A program made the translations under genes and the position numbers. Below are positions 1 to 18,421 of a stretch of 64,000 nt of DNA, piece by piece. The notes under the pieces were generated by a model. The model worked only from the letters and a program-made list of their open reading frames with translations. It searched no databases and was not told the origin of the DNA. The stretch is from the human T2T-CHM13v2.0 reference genome, Homo sapiens. Location: the NCBI RefSeq assembly GCF_009914755.1, contig NC_060925.1. One strand, given 5' to 3'. Positions within the stretch are counted from its first letter, which is position 1. Each line of letters starts with the position of its first letter.

Positions 1-1525
1 GATGGCAGAATAGAAAAATCCAGGTCCTGGTTCCACCACAGAAACATGAAGTAAACAACAAAGGAATGGCTTAATAGCCTTGTGAGAGCTCTAGAAACCA
101 GTCAAGAGACTGCAGCAACCAAGAAAATGTCCAACCAAGCAAAAGCCACACTCAAAATGGTAGAAAATTTCATGGCATTTTTCTTAGCCTTTGCCCTAGT
201 CTCTCTCTCATCATAGTGCAGTGGGGTTAAGAGGAAGCCACCCAATTCCTGCCTCTTCCCTTGAAACAGGATGAAAAAAAAAAAGCGGGACATGTTTACA
301 GTGTCTGTCTGGAGGCTGCCGGCAGGACTGGTTTCTCTCTTTCCTGGCTTGGAACTCAGGCAAGAATGTAGTCATAGTTTGGATATTGAAAGCCACTGAA
401 AGCGGTAGCAACAACCTCAGCCTGTGAGAGATGCAAGCAGATGAAAATGCACAGGTGACTGGGGACAAGAAATAATGAGCAGAGAAATACAGTAAAATAT
501 CTAAGACTTTGAGAAGAAGGATGAGACTCTTAGAGAAATTAAGGCATGTTAAATAAAGCTCTGTATATAGGAGAATTGGAGGGAAAGCACGTGCACAAAT
601 ACAGAGAACATGAATGCTCAGAAAAGGTCTGAGAAGACCTTCAGCCTTCATGCTAGGCTGATTGGTGAAGGTCTTTTTCTGCACAAAGCCAATCTGCAAA
701 GACAGGAAGAGGTGACTATTTTTTCAAATGCCCAATTGAACAAAAGATCCAGACATACAAAGAAACAAGGAAACATGCTCAAAAGAACAAAACAAGCCTC
801 TAGAAATGTACCCTAAAGAAACACAGACTTCAGAAAAATTAGACAAAGACTTTAAAACAATTGTCTTAAATATGCTCAAAGACCTAGAGAAAAGGACAGA
901 GAACTAAAAGAAATCAGAACATATTGTAGGAACAAAATGAAAATATCAAAAAAGAGGAATTACCAAAAAAAAAAAAAAACCAAACAGATTTCTAGATCTA
1001 AGAAATAAATACAAGAACTGAATGTAAAAATTCACTAGAGGGAATCAACAGAGGAAGATAATTTATAAAGATGAAGACAGGTAATTTGAAATCATCAACT
1101 CTGAGTAACAAAAAGAAAAAAGAATAAAAGTTAAATGAGCCTAACGGACTTATGGGACACCATCAACTGCATGAATTATGGGAGTCCTAGAAAAAGAAAA
1201 AAAGAGAAAAGAAAGAGTGCTCATTTGAAGACATGATGGCTGAACACTTCCCAAATTTGAGAAAAGACATGGATGTACAAATTCAAGAAGCTCAGCAAAC
1301 ACCAAATAGGATTAAACTAAACACAACACAGCAAGACACACTGTATTCAAACTACTGAAAGTCAAAGACATAAAGAATTTTGAAAATCTCAAGAAAAATA
1401 ATTACTCTTTACAAATGAGAAATCTTCAATAAGATTGTCAGCAGGCTTCTCAATAGAAGACTTTCAGGCCAGAAGACAGTAGGTTATATTTAAAGTGTTG
1501 ACAGAAAAAAAAAAAACTGTAAAGA

Positions 1526-3103
1526 AGATTCAGTGCTATTCCTATCAAGCTAACAATGACGTTTTTCACAAAACTAGAAAAAGACTATTTTAAAATTCAT
1601 AAGGCACCAACAAAGAGCCTGAATAGCCAACACAATGCTAAGCAAAAATAGCAGAGCCAAAAGTATCACATTACCTGACTTCAAACTATACTACAAGGCT
1701 ACAGTAACCAAAGTACCATGGTACTGGTACAAAAACAGAGCAGAAACATAGACCAATGGAACAGAATAGAGAGCCCAGAAATAAGGCCACATACCTACGA
1801 CCATCTGATCTTCAACAAAGCTAACAAAAACCAGCAATGGGGAAAGGACTTCCTATTCAATAAATGGTGCTGGAATAACTGGCTAGCCATATGCAGAAGA
1901 TTGAAACTGGACCTCTTCCTTACTCTACATACAAAAATCAACTCAAGATGGATTAAAGATTTAAATGGAAAACCCAAAACTATAAAAAGCAACCTAGGCA
2001 ATATCATCCTGAACATAGGAACTGGCGAAGATTTCATAACAAAGACACCAAAAGCCATCACAACAAAAGCAAAAATTGACAAATGTGATCTAGTTAAACT
2101 AAAGAGCTTCTGCACAGCGAAAGAAACTATCAACATAGTCAACAGACAACCTACAGAATGGGAAAAAAACATTTGCAAACTATGCATCTGACAAAGGCCT
2201 GATATCAAGCAACTACAAGCAGCTTAAATAAATTTACAAGAAAAAAATAACAACTCCATTAAAAAGTGGGCAAAGGATACGAACAGACACTTTTCTAAAG
2301 AAGACATAGATGCAGCCAACCAGCATATGAAAAAAAACCTCAATATCACTGATCATTAGAGAAATGCAAATCAAAACCACAATAGATACCATCTCACACC
2401 GGTCAGAATGGCTGTTATTAAAAAGTCAAAAAATAACAGATGCTGGAGAGAGTGCAGAGAAAAGGGAACACTTATACACTGTTGGTGGGGTGTAAGTTAG
2501 TTCAACCATTGTGGAAAGCAGTGTGGTGATTCCTCAAAGAGCTAAAAGCAGAACTACCACTCAACCCAGCAATACCATTACTGAGTATATACCCAGAGGA
2601 ATATAAATCATTTTCCCATAAAGACGCATGCATGTGAATGTTAATTGCAGCACTGTTCACAATAGCAAAGACATGGAATCAACCTAAAAGCCCACCAGTG
2701 CCAAGTTGGATAAAAAATAATGTGGTATATCTACACCATGGAATACTATGCAGACATAAAAAGAATGAGATCATATCTTTTGCAGGAACATGGATGAAGC
2801 TGGAAGCCATTATCCTTAGCAAACTAATGCAAGAACAGAAAACCAAATACCGCATGTACTCACTAATAAACAGGAGCTAAATGATGAGAATTCATGAGCA
2901 CAAAGAAAAAAACAGGTACTGGGGCCTCCTTGAGGTTGGAGGATGAGAGGAGGGAGAGGATCAGAAAAAATAACTATTTGATACTAGGCTTAGTACCCGA
3001 GTGACAAAGTAAACTGTACAACAAACCCCCATAACACAAGATGTGTTTCCTATATAACAAATCTGCACATGTACCCCAACCCTAAAAGAAAAGTTACAAA
3101 AAA
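1526..3103 (+). mobile_element. 5'-truncated L1PA13-16/L1PB-type LINE-1 (ORF2 C-terminal part plus 3'UTR)
   Basis: ORFs 1718-2191 and 2638-2880 match the L1 ORF2 C-terminus ([26 protein letters not shown]). A 3'UTR and A-tail follow. Degenerate flanking repeat agaaaa..ctgtaaa at 1503-1523 and ~3132-3151. Confidence 0.9.
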
Positions 3104-3763
3104 TGCTTTTATAATAAAGAGAGCATCTCAGAGAAAAAAAACACCTGTAAAAACAGAATTTTATGTGTCCTTTAACATTAAGGGAGATATATAAATATAT
3201 TAAATTATCACATGCACCCCAAAACTGTGTACATTTATTACATATTGATAATAAAGGAATAATGAGAGAGAAATTAAGACTTCCCAGATTTTATAAAAAG
3301 CCAAGAGAATTCATTACCACTAGACCTTCCCTACAAAAGATGCTAAAGGGAGACCTTCAAGTTGAAATGAAAGGATGCTAGGCAGTAACTCAAAGCCATG
3401 TGAAAATATAAAATTTTCTGGTAAATGTAAACATATGGGCAGATATAAAAACTTATAATGTTGGTTTTTAACTCCACTTTTAATGATTAATAAAATCAAA
3501 AACACAGAAGCACAAAAATAATTATAAATTTATGCTAATGAGTACACGAAATGTAAAGATGTAATTTGTGTCATGAATAACATAAAATAGAGGAGGATGG
3601 AACTGTAAAGAACCAGAGTTTTGTACATAAGCAAAGTTAAGTCATTATCAGTTTTAAACAGATCGTTCTAACTTTGGGATGTTTCATGTAATCCCCGTTA
3701 AACACAAAGAAGATATCTATAGCATATATGCAAAGAGAATTGAGAAGAGAACCAAAATGTCAC

Positions 3764-4282
3764 TGAAACTGGGCCCCAAAGAGTTAAAGAAACCAATAAC
3801 GATCAAAAATGTTTGAATTTGCATCTGGACACGTGCGAAGAAAAACCAACTTGCTAAAAGGCTAAACTCCCTTCACTAATAAGATAACACAACCAACAAA
3901 AATCAATGAAAACCAATATAGCTGGCTAAAATTTACACAAAATGAGCTTACCAATGTCACAGTCTAAATTTCCACCACATATTTTATACTAACTCCACCT
4001 AAATTTACACATGAAATCCATAAAAAGACATTAAAAAACTATACATGCCAAAAGATTTTCCAGACCTTACCTTTCCTTCCACCAATCACCTGCTAATCTC
4101 AAAATCCACCCCCTAAAACTTTTCTAATAAAATTACTGTCTTAAAGGCAACATGGAGAGACAAATTTAAACTAGACTTCTGTCTCCTTCAAAGTCAACTA
4201 GTAATAAAAAACTTTTTTTCCCCAAAAAATCCAGTGTCATAATATTAACTTCTAACACATCAGGCAACAAGCCCCAGTAGCA
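3764..4282 (+). mobile_element. ERV1-class solo LTR (MER4-group-like, family uncertain), strongly G-depleted
   Basis: TG...CA termini with an exact 4-bp TSD TCAC (3760-3763, 4283-4286). AATAAA at 4203-4208. Interrupts the host L1. Confidence 0.8.
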
Positions 4283-5048
4283 TCACCACAAAAAAAACAA
4301 AAACAAAAACAAAATGAACAACAAAAAAAACCCAACTAAACACAAAAGAAGGCAGTAAGGGAGGAAACAAGGGGCAAAAAAAGTTATAAGATATACAGAA
4401 AACAACGAAATATCAATAGTAAGTTCTTTTTTATCAGTAATTACTAAGTAAATGGGCTAAACGCTCTGATCAAAACACATATATTGGCAGAATGGGTAAT
4501 GTAACAAGATCCAAGTATGTACTGTATACAAGAGACTCAGTGTAACTCTATAGGACACACATATGTTAAAAGTGAAAAAATGGAAAAATATATTCTAAGC
4601 AAATAGTTAAGAAGAACAAAGGTGGTTATACTAAAATTAGACAAAACAGACTTTAAGCTAAAAACTGTTCAATAAACAAAGAAGGGCATTGTATAATGAT
4701 AGGAGGGTTAATTTACCAAAAATATAACATTTATAAATAAATATGCATCATACATCAGAGCTCCTAAATATATAAGGCAAACAATGACAGAATTGAAGGG
4801 AGAAATGCATAGCTGAACAATAATAGTAGAAAACTTCAATACTCCATTTTTAATCATTGACATAATAACTGGAGAGAAGATTAATAAGAAAATAGAGGAT
4901 TTGAGCAACACTATACACTGCTCGAACCTAACAGACACATACAGAGCATTCTACCCAACAATAGCAGAATATACATTTTTCTTAAATGCACATGGAACAT
5001 TACCCAGGATAGGTCAAATGTTAGGCCACAAAACAAGGCTTAAGAAAC

Positions 5049-9746
<4,698 letters not shown>

Positions 9747-9748
9747 GA

Positions 9749-10047
9749 CTTAATAAATTTTAAAAGTTTGGAAAGCTGAAAGATTGACAAATATATGGAA
9801 ATTACACAACACACTCTAAAGCAATGGATCAAAGAAAAAATCAAAAGGGAAATAGCCAAAACAATATTGAGATAAAGAATGAAGCTGAAAGCATTACACA
9901 AGTTAATTTCAAATTATATTACAAAGCTATAGTAATAAAAACAGTATGATACTCGCATAAAAAGAGGTATATAAGCCAATGGAAAAGAATAGAGAAATCA
10001 ATTAATCAATAGGAATTCACACATTTACAGTCAATTTTTCTTTAACA
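9749..10047 (+). mobile_element. Old L1 host fragments forming the spacer between the two L1PA elements
   Basis: Degenerate ORF2 sequence (tggatcaaagaaaaaatc; aatagccaaaacaat...tattacaaagctatagtaat) in the same orientation as the flanking host L1. Confidence 0.8.
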
Positions 10048-11072
10048 GGGTGAAGCCAAGATGGCCAAATGGAACAGCTCCAGTCTACAGCTCCCAGCTT
10101 GAGCGACACAGAAGATGGGTGATTTCTGCATTTTCAACTGAGGTACCGGGTTCATCTCACTGGGGAGTGTCGGAAAGTGGGTGCAGGAGAGTGGGTGCAG
10201 TGCACCGAGCCTGAGCTGAAACAGGGCAAGGCATCGCCTCACCCGGGAAGCACAAGAGGTCAGGGAATTCTCTTTCCTAGTCAAAGAAAGGGGTGAGAGA
10301 CGGCACCTGGAAAATCAGGTCATTCCCACCCTAATACTGTGCTTTTCCAATGGTCTTAGCAAATGGCACACCAGGAGATTATATCCTGCGCATGGCTCAG
10401 AGGGCCCTATGCCCACGGAGCCTCGCTTCTTGCTAGCACAGCAGTCTGAGATCAAACTGCAAGGTGGCAGCGAGGCTAGGGGAGGGGTGCCCACCATTGC
10501 CAAGGCTCAAGTAGGTAAACAAAGTGGCAGGGAAGCTTGAACTAGGTGGAGCCCACCACAGCTCAAGGAGGCCTGCCTGCATTTGTAGACTCCACCTCTG
10601 GGGGCAGGGCACAGCCAAACGAAAGGCAGCAGAATCCGCTGCAGACTTAAATGTCCCTGTCTGACAGCCTTGAAGAGAGTAGTGGTTCTCCCAGCAGGCA
10701 GCTGGACATCTGAGAACAGACTGACTGCCTCCTCAAGTGGGTCCCTGTCCCCTGAGTAGCCTAACTGGGAGGCACCCCCCAGTAGGGGCAGACTGAAACC
10801 TCACACGGCCGGGTATTCCTCTGAGACAAAACTTCCAGAGGAATGATCAGGCAGCAGCATCTGCTGTTCACCAATATCCGCTGTTCTGCAGCCTCCGCTG
10901 CTGATACCCAGGCAAACAGCATCTGGAGTGGACCGCCAGCAAACTCCAACAGACCTGAAACTGAGGGTCCTGACTGTTAGAAGAAAAACTAACAAACAGA
11001 AAGGATATCCACACCTAAACCCCATCTGTACATCACCATCATCAAAGACCAAAGGGAGATAAAACCACAAAG
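10048..11072 (+). promoter_or_regulatory. L1 5'UTR with internal sense promoter (YY1 site CAAGATGGC near 10058) and antisense promoter region
   Basis: Complete L1PA-type 5'UTR. The promoter roles are established for the family; many CpGs have decayed, so activity of this copy is unknown. Confidence 0.6.
10315..10497 (-). pseudogene. L1 ORF0 homologue (antisense ORF in the 5'UTR), truncated at 60 aa
   Basis: MVGTPPLASLPPCSLISDCCASKKRGSVGIGPSEP... matches primate L1 ORF0 (MAGAPPPASLPPCSLISDCCAS...). A TGA replaces CGA shortly before the second splice donor. Confidence 0.8.
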
Positions 11073-12089
11073 ATGGGGAAAAAACAGAGCAGAAAAACTG
11101 GAAACTCTAAAAATCAGAGTGCCTCTCCTCCTCCAAAGGAACGCAGCTCCTCAAGAGCAATGGAACAAAGCTGGACGGAGAATGACTTTGACGAGTTGAG
11201 AGAAGAAGGCTTCAGACGATCAAACTACTCTGAGCTAAAGGAGGAAGTTCAAACCCATGGCAAAGAAGATAAAAACCTTGAAAAAAAATTAGATGAATGG
11301 CTAGCTAGAATAATCAATGCAGAGAAGTCCTTAAAGGACCTGATGGAGCTGAAAACCAAGGCACGAGAACTATGTGATGAATGCACGAGCCTCAGTAGCC
11401 GATTCGATCAACTGGAAGATGGGGTATCAGTAATGGAAGATGAAATGAATGAAATGAAGTGAGAAGGGAAGTTTAGAGAAAAAAGAATAAAAAGAAATGA
11501 GCAAAGCCTCCAAGAAATATGGGACTACGTGAAAAAACCAAATCTATGTCTGATTGGTGTACCTGAAAGTGATAGGAAGAACGGAACCAAGTTGGAAAAC
11601 ACTCTGCAAGATATTATTCAGGAGAACTTCCCCAATCTATCAGGGCAGGCCAACATTCACATTCAGGAAATACAGAGAACGCCACAAAGATACTCCTCGA
11701 GGAGAGCAACTCCAAGACACATAATTGTCAGATTCACCAAAGTTGAAATGAAGGAAAAAATGTTAAGGGAAGCCAGAGAGAAAGGTCGGGTTACCCACAA
11801 AGGGAAGCCCATCAGACTAACGGCAGATCTCTCGGCAGAAACTCTACAAGCCAGAAGAGAGTGGGGGCCAATATTCAACATTCTTAAAGAAAAGAATTTT
11901 CAACCCAGAATTTCATATCCAGCCAAAATAAGCTTCATAAGTGAAGGAGAAATAAAATACTTTACAGACAAGCAAATGCTGAGAGATTTTGTCACCACCA
12001 GGCCTGCCTTAAAAGAGCTCCTGAAGGAAGCACTAAACATGGAAAGGAACAACCAGTACCAGACACTGCAAAAACATGCCAAATTGTAA
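11073..12089 (+). pseudogene. L1 ORF1p with one premature stop (TGA at 11460-11462)
   Basis: ORFs 11073-11462 and 11529-12089 are in the same frame and match ORF1p (coiled coil, RRM, CTD YPAKISF). Confidence 0.92.
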
Positions 12090-13555
12090 AGACCATCAAT
12101 GCTAGGAAGAAACTGCATCAACTAATGAGCAAAATAACCAGCGAACATCATAATGACAGGATCAAATTCACACATAACAATATTAACCTTAAATGTAAAT
12201 GGGCTAAATGCTCCAATTAAAAGACACAGACTGGCAAATTGGATAAAGAGTCAAGACCCATCAGTGTGCTGTATTCAGGAAACCCATCTCACGTGCAGAG
12301 ACACACATAGGCTCAAAATAAAGGGATGGAGGAAGATCTACCAAGCAAATGGAAAACAAAAAAAGGCAGGGGTTGCATTCCTAGTCTCTGATAAAACAGA
12401 CTTTACACCAACAAAGATCAAAAGAGACAAAGAAGGCCACTACATAATAGTCAAGGGATCAATTCAACAGGAAGAGTTAACTATCCTAAATATATATGCA
12501 CCCAATACAGGAGCACCCAGATTCATAAAGCAAGTCATGGATGAAGCTGGAAACCATCATTCTCAGTAAACTATCACAAGGGCAAAACACCAAACACCGC
12601 ATGTTCTCACTCATAGGTGGGAATTGGACAACGAGAACACATGGACACAGGAAGGGGACTGTCACATACTGGGGCCTGTTGTGGGGTCCGGGGAGGGGGG
12701 AGTGGGGAGTGATAGCATTAGGAGATATACCTAATGTTAAATGACGAGTTACTGCGTTCAGCACACCAACATGGCACATGTATACATATGTAACTAACCT
12801 ACATGTTGTGCACATGTACCCTAAAACTTAAAGTATAATTTAAAAAAAAGAAAAAAAATTTTTATTTAACAAAGGTCCTGTTGGGGGGAACAGTCATTTC
12901 AATAATGATATTGGAAAAAACAGCATATTCGCAAGTAGAAGAATGAAACTGGACACTTATGTCACACCATATTAAAAACCTCAAAGTGGATTAAAGATGT
13001 AAACATGAGACCTAAATCTGTAAAACTAGTAAAATAAAATGTAAAGCTCAATGGAACAATATGGCTGACTAGACGCAGCCAAGAGGATCATCTCCCATTG
13101 AGGGACTGTGATATCAGGAAGACTAGCACACCCTGAGGAGATCTTTGGAGGGGAGGCATTGGTAGTGAGTAGACAGAGAATAAAGACACTGGGCTGAAAG
13201 ATGAGAAAGCTGAGAACCCCATACGGGATTGCCAAGCATAGGGACTCATTCTGGTCCCCAGCAACTCCTAGAAAGTGATAAGTTGAACAGACAAGGAGTG
13301 GCCCATTCTCGCCAAAGATTTCTGGAATCCTATCAGATGGAGAAACCATGATTCCCATGGACATGAGCTGACAAAGATACCTGCTTTGAAAGGTGGCAGG
13401 GACTGCTGCTGGCATGAATGCACCCATTCTCCTATCCTTCCTTCACCATCATTGTCCTTGGAACATTGGTGGGTATAGATCCTGCCAGCCCTGAACCCCC
13501 ACCCGCACCCCAATGCTACATCAACATTGCCACTAAAGTGAAACTAGGCACATTA

Positions 13556-13876
<321 letters not shown>

Positions 13877-13888
13877 AGTTTAAAAAAA

Positions 13889-14562
13889 GATACTGGTGAG
13901 GTTGTGGAGAAAAGAGAACATTTATACACTGTTTTTGGGATTGTAAATTAGTTCAATCATTGTGAAAAGCAGTGTGGCAATTTCTCAAAGAGCTAAAAGC
14001 AAAACTACCATTCAATCCAGCAATCCCATTCTTGGATATATACCCAGAGGTATGTAAATCATTCTGCCATAAAGACATATATACACGTTTGTTCATTGCA
14101 GCACTATTCACAATAGCAAGACATGGAATCAATGAAATGCCCATCAGTGCCAAATTGGGTAAAGAAAATGTGGTACATATACACCATGGAATACTATGCA
14201 CACATAATAAAAAATGAAATCATGTCTATTGCAGGAATATGGATGGAGCTGGAGGCCATTATCCTTAGCAAATTAACACAGGAACAGAAAAATAGATACC
14301 ACATGTTCTCACTTATAAGCAGGAGCTAAAAAATGAGAACACATGGACATAAAGGAGGGAAAAAACAGACACAGGGGCCAACATGAGGGTGGATAATAGG
14401 AGTGGGGAGATGATCAGAACAAAATAACTATTGGGTACTAGGTTTAGTACCTAAGTGATGAAATAATCTGTACAATAAAGCCCTGTGACATGAGTCTACC
14501 TGTATAGCAAACCTACACATGTACCTCTGATCCTAAAAGTTTAAAAAAAAATAAAAATAAAA
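13889..14562 (+). mobile_element. L1PA13-16/PB 3' end (part of the composite insert 13402-15205)
   Basis: ORF2 C-terminus (FIAALFTIA, WMELEAIILSKLTQEQK), 3'UTR and A-rich tail. Confidence 0.9.
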
Positions 14563-14563
14563 A

Positions 14564-15108
14564 TGAAGGATTGACAAAGCAGACTTTTTGTAGCAATAAG
14601 ATACTCAACTCCAAACTATCTCTAGTATAGCACCACAGATAGCAGATGACAGATAGCAGATCCTGAAGGAAATCAAAGTATTTTACCCCAAAATAGATTT
14701 ATTTGACATATTTTGAAATGGCCCTGCAAAGCCATATCTTGTGGGGAAAATTTGCATTCTATAAAGAATCTCCTTCCCTTACTCAGTCTTTTACAGAAAG
14801 TCTGACACCTTTTAAGGGCCAATAAGAGACATTTACCAGCAAACCTTAACTATTTCAACCAGTTGCCAATCAGAAAGTCTCTGAATTTACCTATGACCTG
14901 GAAGCCTTGCTTTAAGATGTCCCATCTTTCCAGGCCAAACCAATGTCTACCTACCACTTATTGATATACGTATTTGCCTGTAACTTCTGTCCCCCTAAAA
15001 TGTATAAAATCAAGCTGTAACTCAACCACCTTGGGCACATGTTCTTGGAACCTTCTGAGGCTCCATGAGCAATGGGCTTCATATTGGTTCAGAATAAACC
15101 TGTTCAAA
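14564..15108 (+). mobile_element. Partial MER4-family LTR (mid-U3 to just past the poly(A) signal)
   Basis: Contains ttttaccccaaaatagatttatttgacatattttgaaatggccctgcaaagc and is homologous to the complete LTR at 61974-62874. It lacks both LTR termini. Confidence 0.85.
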
Positions 15109-17514
15109 TTTAAAATCCAAAATAAAATAAAATGGCGTATTGGGTTAAATAATGTGGAGTAAAACAATGAAAAATAAAATTTAAAATTCTAAAAAAAAGA
15201 AAAAAGGAAGGTGTCAGGGGCAGGACCCCAGACTATGTGGAGCTCAGATGGTTTCATGTGGAAACATCTACAGTAGAGCATGGCCAGGGATGCTCATTCC
15301 CCAAAGCTTGCCATGCTCCTCTAGATGTTAGACTTAGGATGGCTGCCAGACCTGGACAGAGCCAGATAGTCTTCCCTGTGGGTCAATCCAATCTGAGCAC
15401 TCCATTGTCTACTGGCCTCTTCTAGGGCCCCAGCCTGGTCATGCCTGCTTGTGCACATCCTAGGATGCACAACGAGCGTCCTTCCAGGGACCCTTATCAT
15501 ACCTCTCTCACCAGCAGTCTGCACCTGACTGTTGGTGAGCTCCAGCAAACCAACCCCTGCCAATGCACACCAGTTCTTCCATGGCCTCCCCACACCATGG
15601 CACTCATACCACTTGGCCATTACACACTCACCCACAGCCCCATTTGACCAGTTTTCCAGTGTGTGCATACATAACAATCTCACCGTACCTCCCCTGATGG
15701 CATGCATCAGCAGCTAGAAAGAAGGGGCAGGTCACCTACAAAGGGAGCCCCCTCAGACAAACAGTGGACCTTTATTAGAAGCACTTCAAGCCAGAAGATA
15801 TTGAGGTCCTGTATTCTGCATGCTTAAAGGAAAAGAATTCTCAACCAAGAATTTCATAACCGGCCAAACTAAGCTTTATAAGTGATGGAGAAATAACATC
15901 CTTTTCAGACAATCAAATACTAAGGGAATTGATTACCACCAGACTGGACTTATAAGGGATCTCAAAGGGAATGCTAAATAAGAAAAGTAAAGATCATTAT
16001 TGGCCCCTACGAAAACATACTTAAGTACATAGTCCAGTGATACTATAAAGCAATCACACAATCAAGTCTGCATAACAACCAGCTAACAACATGAATACAG
16101 GATCAAATCTGCACATATAAACACTAACCTTGAATGTAAAAGAGCTAATTTCCCCAATTAAAAGTCACAGAGTGGCAAGCTGGATAAAGAAGCAAGAACC
16201 AACTGTATGCTATCTTGAAGAGACGTGTGTCACATGCATGACACCCATGAGCTCAAAGTAAAGGGATGGATAAAAATCTACCAAGCAAATGAAAAACAGA
16301 AAAAAGCAAGGTTGCAATCCTAATTTCAGATGAAACAGACTTTAAACCAACAAAGAGCAAAAAGACAAAGAAGGGCATTACACAATGGTAAAGGGTTCAA
16401 TTCAACAAGAAGACCTAAATATCCTAAATATATATGTATCCAATGCAGGAGCACCCAGATTTATAAAACAAATTCTTAGAGAAGTATGAAGAGACTTAGA
16501 TAACCACACAATAATCGTAGGAGAATTTAACACCCCACTGACAGTATTAGACATATCATTGAGGCAGGAAACTAACAAAGATATTGGGGACTGAACTCAA
16601 TGCTTGACCAAATGGACCTAACAGACATCTACAGAACTCTCCACTGCAAGACAACAGAATATCCATTCTTCTCATCTACAAATGGCACATACTCTAAAAT
16701 CAACCACATGATCAGTCATAAAACAATTCTCAGCAAATTAGGAAAAAACTGAAATTACACCAATCACACTCTCAGACCACACTATAAAAACAGAAATCAA
16801 TCTAAAAACGTTGCTCAAAACTATACAGTTACATGGAAAACAACCTGCTCCTGAATGACTTTTCAGTAAACAATGAAATTAAGGCAGAAATCAAGAAATG
16901 CTTTGAAACTAATGAGAACAAAGACACAACATACCAGAATATCTGGGACACAGCTAAAGCAGTGTTAAAAGGAAAGTTTATAGCACTAAACACCCACATC
17001 AAAAAGTTTGAAATATCTCAAAATAGCAACCTACTATTACACCTAGAGGAATTAGAAAAACAAGAGTAAATTGATCCCAAAGCTAGCAGAAGATAATAAC
17101 CAAAATCAGAGCCAAACTAATGCAATGGAGATGCAAAAAGACCATAAGAAAGATTAATAAATCCATGAGTTGGTTTTTTGAAAGAATAAATAAGATTGAT
17201 AGACTGCTAGCTAGACTGATAAAAAAAAAAGAGAGATCCAAATAAACACAATCAGAAATGACAAAGGGGACATTACCACTGACCCCTTAGAAATACAAAA
17301 AAAATCCTCAGAGACCATTATTAACACCTCTATGTGCACAAACTAGAAAACCTAGAAGAAATGAATGAATTTTTGGAAATATACAACCTCAACATCATAC
17401 CAACTGGACAAAAGCTGAAAGCATTCCCCTTGAAAACTGGCCCAAGACAAGGATGCTCTCTCTCACCACTCCAATTCAACATTGTACTAGAAGTCACAAC
17501 CAGAGCAATCAGGC

Positions 17515-17624
17515 AAAAAAAAAAAAAAAAGAAGAAGAAAGAAGGAAAGAAAGAAAGAAAGAGAGAGAGGGAAGGAAGGAAGGAAAGAAGAAAGAAAAAA
17601 AAAGAAAGAAGGAAGAAAGAAAGA
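17515..17624 (+). repeat. A/(GAAA)n/(GGAA)n compound microsatellite inside L1 ORF2
   Basis: Directly visible purine-only tract. Confidence 0.95.
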
Positions 17625-18113
17625 GCATCCAAATAGGAAGAAAGGAAGCCAAAATGTCTGTTTGCAGATGATATAATTCTGTATCTAGAAAACTCCATAG
17701 TCTCTGCCCCAAAGCTCCTAGATCTGATTTAAAAAAAAATAAAAACTTCAGCAAAGTTTCAGGACACAAAATCAGTGTACAAAAATCAATAGCATTTCTA
17801 TACACCAACAACATCCAAACTGAGAGACGGCAACTTCATTCCCAATAGACACAAAAAAATAAAATACATAGGAACACAGCTAACCAGAGAGGTGAAAGAT
17901 CTCCACGACAATCATTACAAAACGCTGCTGAAAGAAATCAAAGATGTAACAAATAAATGGAAAACATTCCATGTTGATAGCTAGGAAGAATAAATATTGT
18001 TAAAATGGCCATACGGCCCAAAGCAATTTACAGATTCGATTCTATTCCTATCAAACTACCAATTACATTCTTCACATAACTAGAAAAAACTATTTAAAAA
18101 ATTGTAAGGTATG

Positions 18114-18421
<308 letters not shown>

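Larger units (their letters stand above)
1..5048 (+). mobile_element. Old LINE-1 host (L1MB-type): 5' region, degenerate ORF1 and ORF2 endonuclease region, interrupted by insertions at 1526-3133 and 3764-4282
   Basis: Degenerate ORF1 C-terminus (REFITTRPSLQKMLKG, ORF 3163-3381). EN-region sequence at 4440-5048 (aatgggctaaac..., tataatgataggagggtt..., ggccacaaaacaagg). A-rich L1 strand bias. Confidence 0.85.
10048..12856 (+). mobile_element. L1PA4/5-like LINE-1 'B': full 5'UTR, ORF1 and ORF2 start, then a large internal deletion to the 3' end
   Basis: Starts gggtgaagccaagatggcc. ORF1 MGKKQSRK at 11073, ORF2 at 12153. Junction aagcaagtc|atggatgaagctgg at 12536/12537. 3'UTR and A-tail. TSD aatttttctttaaca (10033-10047) / aatttttatttaaca (12857-12871). 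Confidence 0.95.

Noticed and set aside
211-699. 162-aa minus-strand ORF
   Set aside because: Antisense of an old L1 5' region; non-ATG start and no homology.
17330-17814. Lys/Glu/Arg-rich and Phe/Ser-rich ORFs
   Set aside because: Translations of the (GAAA)n microsatellite.
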